This document shows positions 1-11,588 of a stretch of 64,000 bases of DNA, piece by piece (the stretch's first letter is position 1; each line of letters opens with the position of its first letter). The notes under the pieces are model-generated. The model did no database searches, was not told the origin of the DNA, and saw only the letters and a program-made list of their open reading frames with translations. Origin of the DNA: Candidatus Eiseniibacteriota bacterium (GTDB lineage Bacteria > Eisenbacteria > RBG-16-71-46); NCBI GenBank assembly GCA_963717505.1, contig OY970342.1, positions 2,016,001 to 2,080,000 of the forward strand, read 5' to 3'. Both the position numbers and the translations under genes were made by a program.

Positions 1-686
1 CGAGCGCCGGCGTGCGCCCGAATTCGAACACGCTGATCCTGAACGACTGGGTGGCGCACGAGGGCGGCGTGGCGCTGGCGTTCTCGGGCGCGATCCGCGC
101 CGACGTCGTGGTGTCGCAGGGCTGCCAGCCGGTCGGGCCACCGCTGACCGTGACCCGCTCCGATGGCAACGTCCTGGTCGAGCTGGACGGACAGCCGGCG
201 CTCGAGCGCACCGAGCAGGTGTTGCGCGAGCTGACCGAAGCCCAGCGCGAGCAGTTGCGCCACGGGCTCTACGTGGGCCGGCCGGTGCGCACCGGCGCCG
301 AGGGCCGCGGCGACTACCTGATTCGCAATCTGCTGGGCGCCGACCGCGACCGCGGGGTGATCGCGATCGGCGACGTGCCGTCGAGCCGCGAGCGAATTCG
401 GTTCCACGTGCGAGACGCGAAGTCGGCGCGCGAGGACCTCGAGCTGCTGCTGTCGCCGCAGGAGTTCGACACCCGAGCGCACGCGGCACTGTTGTTCGCG
501 TGCAACGGGCGGGGGCGAGGCCTCCACGGCCGCGCCGACGGCGACATCCGGATCATCCAGGAGGAGCTGGGCGGCAACATCCCGGCGGCCGGGATGTTCT
601 GCGCCGGCGAAATCGGCCCGGTCGGCGGGCGCAACTTCCTGCACGGCCACACCGCGAGCCTCGCGATCCTGAGACCCAAGGGCTAG
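1..686 (+). CDS. FIST signal-transduction protein (5'-truncated by window edge)
   Basis: FIST motifs VVSQGCQPVG, LLFACNGRG, GMFCAGEIGPVGGRNFLHGHTAS; frame open to the window start. Confidence 0.9.
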   Translation, partial: SAGVRPNSNTLILNDWVAHEGGVALAFSGAIRADVVVSQGCQPVGPPLTVTRSDGNVLVELDGQPALERTEQVLRELTEAQREQLRHGLYVGRPVRTGAEGRGDYLIRNLLGADRDRGVIAIGDVPSSRERIRFHVRDAKSAREDLELLLSPQEFDTRAHAALLFACNGRGRGLHGRADGDIRIIQEELGGNIPAAGMFCAGEIGPVGGRNFLHGHTASLAILRPKG

Positions 687-852
687 AAGCTTCGCTCAGT
701 AGGATCGGCTCGCCAGGGATGTCCGTGTGGCCGCTCGCCTCGCATCGTGCTCGTCTCGCTGAGGCCTCGGCCCGCTCCGCCATCCCTGGCTACGCGGGCC
801 TCCGACTCGCCGCGTTGGACATCCCTGCCCTCGCCGATCCACCCGAGGCTTC
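686..852. repeat. Long imperfect inverted-repeat element (REP/MITE-like or structured RNA)
   Basis: GAAGCTTCG/CGAGGCTTC, GGATCGGC/GCCGATCC and CAGGGATGTCC/GGACATCCCTG pair end to end; internal hairpin GGCCCGC..GCCA-TCCC-TGGC..GCGGGCC. Confidence 0.6.
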
Positions 853-859
853 GCGACGG

Positions 860-993
860 GGCGCAGAGGGGTCACCGGCGAGATGGGCTGTAGCGGAGCG
901 GTCGCGCATCCGCACGTCGCAACACTTACACCACATGCTGCAAAGCGCCGCGGAGCGACCGGGCCCCGCCGCAGCCGGGGACCCCTCTGCGCC
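860..993. repeat. Second inverted-repeat element
   Basis: Perfect 14-bp IR GGCGCAGAGGGGTC (860-873) / GACCCCTCTGCGCC (980-993), plus inner CCGGC/GCCGG and GGTCGC/GCGACC. Confidence 0.6.
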
Positions 994-1168
994 ACAGAAG
1001 CGAGGCCAGCTAGAACCGGCGAGCGGCCGCGGAACAGCCTCGGGCGAGGTCGGCGGCGACTTCGAGCCGGCAGATCGCGCGTACGGTCTCGCGCGTGATC
1101 TCGTGCAGCGTAATGTCGCGGTCGAGTGCGGGCATGCGCGCATGCTACGCGCGCGCTACGCCCGGGCG

Positions 1169-3277
1169 CTAGAGACGGTCGTGCGCGGGCGCGGCGGCGG
1201 GTGCCGCGGTGCCGGCCGCGAGGCTGTTGCGCAGGCCTTCGACGATCCGCTCCGCCTCGCGATCCCCGGCGGCGGCGCCGCCGGCGAGTTCGAGGTAGCG
1301 CTCGAGAGCCGGCAATGCGCTTTCCGGCCGGTGCACGTGGATCAGGGTCATTCCCCAGCGTCGCCAGGCCTTCGGATCCTCAGGCGCTAGCGCGCGTGCC
1401 GCGAAGGCTTCGACCGCGGCGGTCGCGGGGTCACCGTTGGCGAGCGCCACATCGGCCAGTCGGGCGTGCATCTCGGGCAGGAACGGGTGCTCACGAACCG
1501 CGGACTCCAGAGTTTTCTGGGCATCAAGGGCGCGTCCCTCGGCCACGAGGTTGTCCGCGTCCTGGTAGACCTTGTGCGGCGAGCGCTTCCACGCCAGCCA
1601 CTCCCGCCAATTGGAATAAGTGTCGTCGAACGGCGGCGCCTGAGTCAGGAACACCGAGTCGGTCGGCGCCATGCGCAGACCGAGATTCGCCATGTGCGGT
1701 TCGGCTGAGAGTTGATGGCCGCGCGCCATTTCGACCCACGCCAGCCAGTAGCGCGACGCGCCGTCGTCCGGATTGGCGCGCAGCAGGTGGCTCAAGGCGT
1801 CACGCGCCGCATCCAGTCGTTCGGCGTACACGATGTCGACCGCCAGCTCGCGAACCTCCTCGGGCCGGCGCAGCTCGCGCAGCTGCGAGCCTTCGGCGGC
1901 GAAGAAGAAATTCGGGCCGCGCCGGGCGCGTTCCTCGGTGAACTCGGTGGCCGGGTAGGCGCGCACGGTCGGATCGCGATACGCCCAGCGCAGGATCGGA
2001 CCGTCGCCGGCCGGGAAGCCCGCGGCCTCGGAGCCCATGAAGTAGAGCGTGCTGTTCGGCGGCAGGTCGGGTCGGGCGCGCTTGAGGTTTGCGAGCATGT
2101 GCTCCTGCGCCTCGCCGGCGTGCGCGATGTAGGCGCGATTGACGTGCGAGCGCTTCTTCCAGGGGTCGCGCCAGGTCGAGAATTCCTCCGACCGTCGCAC
2201 CTGATCGGTCGTCAGCAACAGGACCGCGACTGCGAGCAACGCGGCCGGACGCGGCCCCTTCGACAGCAGCGCGCCGATCGCCAGGGCGGCGCCGCACAGC
2301 GCCAGCAGGTATTGGTACGAACTCCAGGTCGAGGCCGAGGCCGCGACCGGCAAAGCTGCGACTGCCGCCCAGAGAATGCCGACGACGAACGTGCGGCCCG
2401 GTGCGGGTCCGCGCATGCCGGCCTGGGAGCGCGCACGCCTCTCGCGTCGACTCGGCCACAGCCATGCGATGAGCGCGAGCAGGACCGGGATCGCGATCAG
2501 CAACGCGAGCGAGGGTCGCACCCACTTGGAACCGTTGATGCCCCACTCGAGGCCGATCGCCAGGTGGCCGAGATGGAACAGCGCGGGGAGGACCGCGCCC
2601 AGGCCGACCGGCGGATTCACGCCCGGGAACACAGGGCCGCGAGTGACCGCCAGCAACCAGAGAGCCCCGGCGACCACGACGGAAACCACGAGCGGCGCCG
2701 AACGCCGAATGGCCTGGACCACGTCCTCGCCCGACTTGCGATCGACCAGAATCGCGAGCACCGGTGTCACGATCGCGGTCTCTTTCGACAGGAGCGCGAG
2801 GAACAGAACGATGCCGGCGGCGACGCTGGCGCCCGCGCGATAGAGCAGGATGGTGGCGAGCGAGCAGGTCACGGCCAACAGATCCTGACTGGCGCCGGCC
2901 CAATGAGTCACGACGTCCGTGGCTTCGTGGAATCCCACCAGGGTCACCGCGATTCCCGCCGCCACCGGTCCGGCGAGCGACCACGCGATCCAGCCGAGCA
3001 GTCCGAGCGAGATCAGAAGCAGCGCCAGGTTCGCGGCATGGAAGGCCACGGCGCTGCCGCCGCCGGCGCGCGACATCAGCCAGAACCACGCTTGACGCGA
3101 GACCGGACGGTAGTAGTCGCCGAGCGGATCCGGAGTCGCGAGAGCTGCGGGCAACGACTTGCCGGCGACGTGGTCGAGGATCAGGTAATCGCTGGCGAAG
3201 AACGGCGACTTGCCGACGCCGCCTTTGACGATCACGACGGCGACCAGGATCAGGATGAGCGAGATGAGTGCCTTCAC
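1169..3277 (-). CDS. Multi-TM membrane protein with GT-C/TMTC-like N-terminus and C-terminal TPR repeats
   Basis: Likely GTG start at 3277; FFASDY, YYRPVS, FHAANL, LALLSKETA resemble TMTC-like GT-C proteins; many TM stretches then TPR-like helices. Confidence 0.65.
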   Translation of the reverse strand: MKALISLILILVAVVIVKGGVGKSPFFASDYLILDHVAGKSLPAALATPDPLGDYYRPVSRQAWFWLMSRAGGGSAVAFHAANLALLLISLGLLGWIAWSLAGPVAAGIAVTLVGFHEATDVVTHWAGASQDLLAVTCSLATILLYRAGASVAAGIVLFLALLSKETAIVTPVLAILVDRKSGEDVVQAIRRSAPLVVSVVVAGALWLLAVTRGPVFPGVNPPVGLGAVLPALFHLGHLAIGLEWGINGSKWVRPSLALLIAIPVLLALIAWLWPSRRERRARSQAGMRGPAPGRTFVVGILWAAVAALPVAASASTWSSYQYLLALCGAALAIGALLSKGPRPAALLAVAVLLLTTDQVRRSEEFSTWRDPWKKRSHVNRAYIAHAGEAQEHMLANLKRARPDLPPNSTLYFMGSEAAGFPAGDGPILRWAYRDPTVRAYPATEFTEERARRGPNFFFAAEGSQLRELRRPEEVRELAVDIVYAERLDAARDALSHLLRANPDDGASRYWLAWVEMARGHQLSAEPHMANLGLRMAPTDSVFLTQAPPFDDTYSNWREWLAWKRSPHKVYQDADNLVAEGRALDAQKTLESAVREHPFLPEMHARLADVALANGDPATAAVEAFAARALAPEDPKAWRRWGMTLIHVHRPESALPALERYLELAGGAAAGDREAERIVEGLRNSLAAGTAAPAAAPAHDRL

Positions 3278-3431
3278 CCCGGGAACTATCGGGCGTTCGA
3301 GGTCCGGGGTTGAGCCAAAACCCCCATGGATCCCAATGAGCCCAGAAGAGGCCGTGGCTACGCGTGGCTCAGGGGCTCCTGTATGATCCGGCGGAAAGCG
3401 CACCCCACACCATTCATTCGAGGTGTTCCCC

Positions 3432-4622
3432 ATGGCCTATCCCGATGTTTTCATCGTGGGCGCCGCCCGCACGCCCATCGGCCGCTTCCTCGGCGCACTG
3501 GCGCCGCTCAAGGCATCCGACCTGGGCGCCATCGCGATCCGCGAGGCGATGTCGCGCGCCGGAGTCGACGGCAACCAGATCGACGAGGTCCTGATGGGCC
3601 ACGTGGTTCAGGGCGGCCAGGGCCAGGCCCCGGCGCGCCAGGCCCAGATCAAGGCCGGCATCAACCCGGCGGCCGGTGCCGTGACCATCAACAAGGTCTG
3701 TGGCTCCGGGCTCAAGGCCGTGATGATCGGCGCCCAGGCGATCAAGGCCGGCGACGCCGAGTGCATCGTGGCCGGCGGCCAGGAGAGCATGAGCACCGCT
3801 CCGCACTACCTGTTCTCGGGCCGACTCGGGCAGAAGCTCGGCGACACCACGCTCAAGGACGGGGTCGTGATGGACGGACTGTGGTGCTCGTTCAACGACT
3901 GCCACATGATCGAGCTGGCGCAGTACACGGCCGAGAAGGCCAAACTCACCCGCGAAGAACTGGATCGGTTCAGCGCCGACAGCCAGCAGAAGGCGGCGAA
4001 GGCGATTGCCGAGTGCCGGTTCTCGAAGGAGATCGCGACCGTCAGCATTCCGCAGCGCAAGGGTGACCCGATCGTGGTCAGCAAGGACGAGTCGGTGCGC
4101 GCCGACACCACCGCCGAGATCCTGGCCAAGCTGCCGGCGGTGACCAAAGACCGCGGCGGCGTGATCACCGCCGGCAATGCGCCGGGACTCAACGACGGTG
4201 GGGCGGCGTTGATCCTCATGAGCGGCGAGCGCGTGAAGCAGGCCAAGGCCAAGCCGATCGCGCGCGTGGTCGCCTACGCCACCGGCGGCGGCGAACCCAA
4301 GGACTTGTTCTTCGCGCCGATCGATGCCGTCCAGAAGCTCATGAAGAAAATGGGCGTCAAAGTCGACCACTTCGACCTGATCGAGGCCAACGAAGCGTTT
4401 GCCGCGCAGGCGGTGGCCGACGGCAAGGCGCTCGGCTGGGACTGGAGCCGGGTCAACGTCAACGGCGGCGCGATCGCGCTCGGGCACCCGATCGGCGCCT
4501 CGGGGGCGCGCGTTCTGGTGACTTTGATCCACGCGCTCGAACAGAAGGGCAAGAAAACCGGCCTCGCGACACTGTGTCTGGGCGGCGGCAACGCGGTCGC
4601 CCTGGCGGTCGAGCGGGTCTGA
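3432..4622 (+). CDS. thlA: Acetyl-CoA C-acetyltransferase (thiolase)
   Basis: NKVCGSG, NEAF, NGGAIALGHPIGASG, LCLGGG; GAGGTG SD before ATG 3432. Confidence 0.95.
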   Translation: MAYPDVFIVGAARTPIGRFLGALAPLKASDLGAIAIREAMSRAGVDGNQIDEVLMGHVVQGGQGQAPARQAQIKAGINPAAGAVTINKVCGSGLKAVMIGAQAIKAGDAECIVAGGQESMSTAPHYLFSGRLGQKLGDTTLKDGVVMDGLWCSFNDCHMIELAQYTAEKAKLTREELDRFSADSQQKAAKAIAECRFSKEIATVSIPQRKGDPIVVSKDESVRADTTAEILAKLPAVTKDRGGVITAGNAPGLNDGGAALILMSGERVKQAKAKPIARVVAYATGGGEPKDLFFAPIDAVQKLMKKMGVKVDHFDLIEANEAFAAQAVADGKALGWDWSRVNVNGGAIALGHPIGASGARVLVTLIHALEQKGKKTGLATLCLGGGNAVALAVERV

Positions 4623-4647
4623 GGGCTCGGCGCCGCCCGTGGGAACC

Positions 4648-5530
<883 letters not shown>

Positions 5531-5534
5531 AAGA

Positions 5535-6733
5535 ATGAATCCCGAAACGCTGGCCGCCCCCTCCTCAGGGCTCGCCTTCGACCTGAGCGAGGACCAGCTC
5601 GCGGTCCGCCAGATGGTGCGCGAGTTCGCCGAGGCGGAGATCCGACCGATTGCCGGCGAGGATCGACGAGACCCACGAGTTCCCGGCCGAGACCACGAAG
5701 AAGATGGCCGAGCTGGGTCTGCTCGGCATGTTCGTGCCCGACGAGTGCGGTGGGGCCGGGATGGACTACCTGTCCTACGTGATCACGGTCGAGGAGCTGT
5801 CGCGGGTGTGCGCGAGCCACGGCGTGATCTGCTCGGTCAACAATTCGCTGGTGTGCTACCCGATCCTCGACCTACGGTAACGATGCTCAGAAGAAGAAGT
5901 ACCTGATTCCGCTCGCGAAGGGCGAACTCCTCGGCGCCTACTGCCTGACCGAGCCCAATGCCGGCAGCAACGCCGCCAACCAGCAGACCACGGCCGTGCT
6001 CGACGGCGACCACTACGTGCTCAACGGCACCAAGATGTTCATCACCACCGCCGGTCCGGCCAACGTGTTCGTCGTCTATGTCGCGACCGACCGGAGTCTC
6101 GGGCCCAAGGGCATCTCGGCGTTCATCGTCGACGCCGACACGCCCGGCGTGAAGAAGGGCAAGAAGGAGCTGAAGCTCGGCATTCACGCCTCGGACACGC
6201 GCGAGAGTCGCGTTCGAAGAACGCGCGGGTTCCGAAGGAGAACCTGCTGGGTGAGCTTCAACAAGGGCTACTCGGTGGCGCTGGCGACGCTTGGCGGCGG
6301 TCGCATCGGCATCGCCGCGCAGGCCCTGGGCATCGCTCAGGCCTCGCTCGAGGCCTCGGTCAAGTACGCGAACGAGCGTGAGCAGTTCGACCGCAAGATC
6401 GGCGAGTTCGACGCGATTCGCGAGATGCTGGCGAACAGCGCGGTCGAGGTCGACACCGCCCGGCTCCTCGTCTACCAGGCGGCGTGGCTGCGCGACCGCG
6501 GCCGCCCGCACATCAAGGAGGCCTCGCTCGCCAAGTGGCACGCCCGCGAGGCCGCGACCCGCTGCGCGAACTGGGCGATCCAGGTGCACGGCGGCTATGG
6601 CTATCTGTCCGAGTTCCACGTCGAGCGCTACTGGCGCGACGCGCGGATCACCGAAATCTACGAGGGCACGACCGAGGTGCAGAAGATGGTGGTCGCGGCC
6701 CAGGTGTTGAAGGAGAACCCCCTCGGCGGGTAG
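5535..6733 (+). CDS. Acyl-CoA dehydrogenase (frameshifts near 5654, 5868 and 6207-6256)
   Basis: Joined fragments give FDLSEDQ.., [50 protein letters not shown]. Confidence 0.88.
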
Positions 6734-6769
6734 CCGCGCCGGGGAGCAACGACCGACACAGGAGGAGAC

Positions 6770-7154
6770 ATGACCCGACCCGTTCGCCCCGTGGCACTGG
6801 TGATCCTGACCGCATGCATGGTCTACCCCGGCGTCACGCTGCTCTTCCAGGGGCTCTATCCGTTCGTGACCTTCGAGTACTTCACCCTGCAATCGCAAGC
6901 TCGGTCCGTGGATGACGGTGGCGGCGAACCTCGGCCTGCCACCGATGGTGCCGCTGCTGATGATGGCGGGGCTCGGCGGCGCATGGGTGCTGGGCGTGCT
7001 CGGCCTGTGGGCCGGCGACTGGCGCGCCTACCCGCTGGCGCTGCTCGGGGCCGCCGGATCGTTGCTCTATCCGATCGGCCCGGCGGTCATGGGCGTGCTC
7101 GGACTGATCGTGTTGCTCGGTTTCCGCGAGAAGGCCGGGGAAGTTCCCGCGTGA
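6770..7154 (+). CDS. Small membrane protein (frameshift near 6900)
   Basis: AGGAGGAG SD; hydrophobic segments split between ORFs 6770-7180 and 6912-7154. Confidence 0.6.
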
Positions 7155-7176
7155 CATCACGCGTGCATTGCGTCCC

Positions 7177-8331
7177 ATGAACTTCGATCTCTCCGCAGAC
7201 CAAATCCAGATCCGCGACGCGGTGCGCGAACTGTGCGCGAGCGAGTTCGCGCCGCACGCCGCGCGTTGGGATCGCGAGGGCGACGTTCCCGCGTCGGCGC
7301 TCGACACGCTCGCAGGGCAGGGTTTTCTCGGGATGTCGATCCCCGAGGAGTGGGGTGGCGTCGGCTACGACGCGCGCACCATCGCGCTGGTGATCGAGGA
7401 GATCGCGCGGGTGTCGGCGGCGCTCGCGATCATGATCGCGGTGCACAATTCGGTCGGTGCTCTGCCGGTGTTCCGATTCGGCACCGACGCCCAGCGCCGG
7501 CGGTACCTGCCGCGGCTGGTGTCGAAGGAGCTGGCTGCGTTCTCGCTTTCCGAGCCAGGCACAGGCTCGGACGCCGGAGCGGTGAAGACCACGGCCGAGC
7601 GATACGATGGCCACTACCTGCTCAACGGCAGCAAGAACTGGGTGACCAACGGCGCACGCGCCGGGATCTACCTGGTGTTCGCGCGCACCGATCGCGCTGC
7701 CGGCAACCGCGGCTTGACCGCGTTCCTCGTCGAGCGCGGTGCCATCGGGCTCGTGATCGGCAAGGCCGAGGACAAGATGGGCCTGCGCGGATCGGACACC
7801 GTGGCCGCTTGCGCTCGAGAACGTGCAAGTGCCGGTCGACCAGCGGCTCGGCGACGAGGGCGAGGGCTTCAAGATCGCGATGAGCATGCTCGACGCCGGC
7901 CGGATCGGCGTCGGCGCCCAGGCGCTGGGCGTGTTCGCGCGCCGCGTTCGACGAGGCCGTGCGCTACGCGCAGCAGCGGGAGGCGTTCGGCCAGCCGCTG
8001 GCCAAGATCCAGTCCGTGCAGTTCAAGCTGGCCGAGATGGAGCGCCGGCTCCAGTGCTCGCGGCTCCTGATCCAGCGCGCGGCGTGGCTGCGCGACGACA
8101 GATCGGCCCTACTCGCGCGAGGCTTCGATGGCCAAGCTCTACGCCAGCGAGGCCGCGACCTGGGTGACGCATCAGGCGATCCAGGTGCACGGCGGCTACG
8201 GCTACGTGAAGGAGTATCCGGTCGAGCGCTACTACCGCGACGCGCGCGTCATGGAGATCTACGAGGGCGCGAGTGAGATCCAGCGACTGGTGATTGCGCG
8301 CTCGCTGCTCAAGGACGGGGTGACGGTCTAA
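7177..8331 (+). CDS. Acyl-CoA dehydrogenase (frameshifts near 7808, 7935 and 8100-8120)
   Basis: [54 protein letters not shown] across consecutive ORFs. Confidence 0.88.
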
Positions 8332-8402
8332 CCCGGAGCAGTCGACCCCCGCGAACCCGGGCTGGGCCGTGCCGATACCGGGTTCAATGCCCGCGCCCGG
8401 GC

Positions 8403-8411
8403 TGCTACAAT
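8403..8411 (+). promoter_or_regulatory. Extended -10 element
   Basis: TGCTACAAT about 50 nt upstream of ATG 8461. Confidence 0.5.
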
Positions 8412-8460
8412 CCGTCCCCGCCGCAGACGGCCGCTGATCCCCAGGCCACCCGAGGAATTC

Positions 8461-9585
8461 ATGTCCAAAGTCGCCGTTCTGCGCACCTCCCCGGAAACCG
8501 TCGTCCAGGACTACGGCCGCCTGATGGACCTGGCCGGTTACCGCCAGGCCTTGCCATTCAGCTCTCAGACCTGTCTTCGAATCAATATTTCATGGCACGT
8601 GTACATGCCGGCGTGCTCGACCACGCCCTGGCAGATGCACGGCGTGATCGAGAAGCTCAAGGCCGACGGCTACGACGTCTCGCGCGACCTGATCGCCGCC
8701 CAGAACGACACCGTGGTGGTCAGCTGCCGCGAGGGCACCGAGCGCAACAACCTGGCGCCGGTGCTCGAGCACTACAAAGTGCCGATCCAGTACCTGAGCG
8801 AGCCGCCGACCGAATGGATCACGCTACACGCCCAAGTCCAAGATGCTGGTGCTCGACCGGGTGTTCGAGAAGCAGGGCATCCAGATTCCGAAGATCCTGA
8901 TGGGCAAGAACGTCGTGCATCTGCCGACGGTGAAGACCCACGTGTTCACCGGCACGACCGGAGCCATGAAGAACGCGTTCGGCGGGCTGCTGAATTTGAA
9001 TCGCCACTGGACGCATTCGGTGATTCACGAGACGTTGGTCGATCTACTCAGAATTCAGAAAGAAATTCATCCCGGAATCTTCGCGGTCATGGACGGCACG
9101 ATCGCCGGCGAAGGTCCCGGGCCCGCGCGCGATGCGACCGCACGTCAAGAACTACATCCTGGCCTCGAGCGACTGCGTCGCGATCGACGCGATCGCGGCC
9201 AAGCTCATGGGCTTCGATCCCATGAAAGACCTGAAGTTCATCCGGCTCGCGCACGAGAACGGGCTCGGCACCGGCAACCCGAGCGAGATCGAGATCGTCG
9301 GCGACGACATCAAGGGCGTGAACTTCGGCTTCCGCGGCTCGCTCGACGAGAACACGTTCGCGTCGTGGGGCCAGAAGCTCATCTACTGGGGCCCGCTCAA
9401 GCCGCTCGAGAACCTGCTGCTGCGCTCGCCGATCGTGCCGTGGAGCTACGCCGCCTCGCGGCTCTACCACGATGGCTACTGGTATCCGGTGAACGGCATG
9501 CCCCGGGTCAAGAAGATGCTCGAGACCGGGCTGGGGGAAGTTGTTCAACGAGTATGGAGCGAAGACCGCGCTGCAACGCTCCTGA
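8461..9585 (+). CDS. DUF362-like putative Fe-S protein (frameshifts near 8825, 9128 and 9530)
   Basis: NISWH..PACSTTPWQ, LPTVKTHVFTGTTGAMKNAFG, MDGTIAGEGPGP, ASSDCVAIDA; reconstructed C-terminus ..WGKLFNEYGAKTALQRS ends at 9585. Confidence 0.75.
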
Positions 9586-9646
9586 ATTGAAGGGCCGCAA
9601 TCCAAGCACCTGCTGGCCGCAGTCCACCTTGAAGGAGTCCGGGTCC

Positions 9647-11239
9647 ATGCGTCCCTGCGGCAAGCTGTTCATGGCGCTCCTGTCGGTCTCGACGTTCGCT
9701 GGCGCCGCACGCGCCGAATGGCCGAATCACGCGATCAACCTTCCGGTCTGGATCGCGCCTGGATACCAGTCCTATCCGACGATTGTCTCGGACGGAGCCG
9801 CTGGATCGATCATCGTGTGGAACGAGGGGCCGGGTACCCGTGCCCACAAGATCCTGGCGGACGGAACATTCGGATGGGACTCCGCCGCGGTGCTTTGTAC
9901 GAGCTGCACGCAGGGTCTCCTGACCGCAGTGACCGATGTCTCGGGGGGCGCCTACGTCCTCTCGGGGCGTCACAACGATTCGAATGGAAAGACATACATC
10001 CACCACGTGTCCGCCGATGGCGCAGCGCTGTGGTCGGTGACGGAATCCAGCGCGATCGATCCGGAGATTGCGGCAGATGGCAGCGGTGGCGCGCTGGTCG
10101 TTTGGGAGAACTCCAACACTACATCGGGCACCGGAGTGAACATCTGGGCGCAGCGATTCGATGAATCCGGCAGCATCTGGCGCGTCAACGTTTCGGGTGA
10201 TGCGCCGTACGGGCATGAACTCGAGCCCTGCGTTGCCGCGGATGGTTCCGGAGGGGCGTTCGTTGCCTGGGAGGCCGCGGACATCAGGGTGCAGAGGCTG
10301 GACGCGTCGGGAAACAAGCTGTGGTCCGAGTATGGTGTTTCGGCGGGCAGCGGTCGTACCCCTCAGATCGTTGCTGATCCAGTTGGTGGAGCCATGGTTG
10401 CCTGGGGTAACAACATGTCCCCCTGGGTTACCTGGGTTCGGCGAGTGAATTCCTTGGGAGTGCCGATCGGGCTCGGGCCCATCGAGGTGACTCCCCTCAT
10501 GACGGTCGCACACGTCATACGCGCTTCGGACGGAGGAATGATTCTGGTAGGAGAAACTGCTACTCATCAACCTCCCTATTACGGCCGCGTGCTGGCCCAA
10601 CGCATTCAGCCTGATGGACAGGTCTTTTGGGGGCCGGAAGGTGTGGAAATCGTCGTGGCCGAGGCACCGGACCTGACGTATGACGTCGCTCCCGATGGCT
10701 CGGGCGGGATTGTCGTGACTTACTCTGACGGTTCCGGCGTGTTCAACGTGTTCGCCCAAAGAGTGTCGGCCGACGGTGAAAAGCTTTGGGGAGAAAACGG
10801 CGTTGTCGTTTCTTCCGCCGGGGGAAACCAGAAGAATCCGGCCGGAATGATCCCCAGCGGCACCGACTACGCCATCGTCACCTGGGACGACAACCGCAAT
10901 GGCAATAGCGACATCTACGCTCAGCGCGTGGACGGCACGCCCAGCGTTTCGGTCGACGTCGTCGAGGAGGGCGGGCCGTCGCTTTCGCTCGGCCCAAACC
11001 CGTTCCGAGCGCAGCTCAACATACAGTTGTCGAGCGCACGGGCCGGCGTTCTCCGCGGTGCGCTGTTCGACGTGCGGGGTCGGCGGGTCGCGGAGTCGAC
11101 TTGGAACATATCTCGAGGAGCGTCGGTCACGCGTTGGAACCTTCGAGACGGCGCGGCTCCGCTCGACCCGGGTGTCTACTTCGTCCGACTCTCGACCGAC
11201 TCTTGGCGGCGGGACTTTCGAGTCGTGCACATACGATGA
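9647..11239 (+). CDS. Secreted beta-repeat protein with FlgD/T9SS-type C-terminal domain
   Basis: AAGGAG upstream; signal peptide ending ARA-E; repeated DGSGGAxVxW...AQR units; C-terminal PNPF..LFDVRGRRV..PGVYFVRL; lower GC than flanks. Confidence 0.8.
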   Translation: MRPCGKLFMALLSVSTFAGAARAEWPNHAINLPVWIAPGYQSYPTIVSDGAAGSIIVWNEGPGTRAHKILADGTFGWDSAAVLCTSCTQGLLTAVTDVSGGAYVLSGRHNDSNGKTYIHHVSADGAALWSVTESSAIDPEIAADGSGGALVVWENSNTTSGTGVNIWAQRFDESGSIWRVNVSGDAPYGHELEPCVAADGSGGAFVAWEAADIRVQRLDASGNKLWSEYGVSAGSGRTPQIVADPVGGAMVAWGNNMSPWVTWVRRVNSLGVPIGLGPIEVTPLMTVAHVIRASDGGMILVGETATHQPPYYGRVLAQRIQPDGQVFWGPEGVEIVVAEAPDLTYDVAPDGSGGIVVTYSDGSGVFNVFAQRVSADGEKLWGENGVVVSSAGGNQKNPAGMIPSGTDYAIVTWDDNRNGNSDIYAQRVDGTPSVSVDVVEEGGPSLSLGPNPFRAQLNIQLSSARAGVLRGALFDVRGRRVAESTWNISRGASVTRWNLRDGAAPLDPGVYFVRLSTDSWRRDFRVVHIR

Positions 11240-11259
11240 GCCTCGCGGCCTACTGAACG

Positions 11260-11580
11260 CTAGGTCTGGCGCGGTCTCCAGCGATACCTCTCGATCGCGA
11301 CTCGCCCTTTGCGATCGAACTTCACGCCCTCGGCTTCGAGCAGCCCTCGTTGCAGCGGCTCATCACCAGGGTCCGCGCGTCGGCTGACTTCGCCCTTCGC
11401 GTTGATCACGCGGTGCCAAGGCAGGCTCACTCCCTTTGGAGTTGCCGCCAGCGCGTATCCGACCTGCCGTGGGCCTGACGCGTCGGCGAGACTGGCGATC
11501 TGCCCGTAGGTGGCAACCCGGCCGCGAGGAATGCGTCGGATGACCGCGTAGATCCGTGAGTAAGTACTATTCGGTGTCAT
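11260..11580 (-). CDS. atl: Alkyltransferase-like protein (MGMT family, Cys replaced by Trp)
   Basis: IPRGRVATYGQIA, RQVGYAL, PWHRV (not PCHRV), LLEAEGV. Confidence 0.88.
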   Translation of the reverse strand: MTPNSTYSRIYAVIRRIPRGRVATYGQIASLADASGPRQVGYALAATPKGVSLPWHRVINAKGEVSRRADPGDEPLQRGLLEAEGVKFDRKGRVAIERYRWRPRQT

Positions 11581-11588
11581 TGGGGCTG

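Noticed and set aside
8843-11239. 798-aa ORF appearing to fuse DUF362 to a secreted protein
   Set aside because: Frameshift artefact; the secreted protein has its own SD, ATG (9647) and signal peptide.
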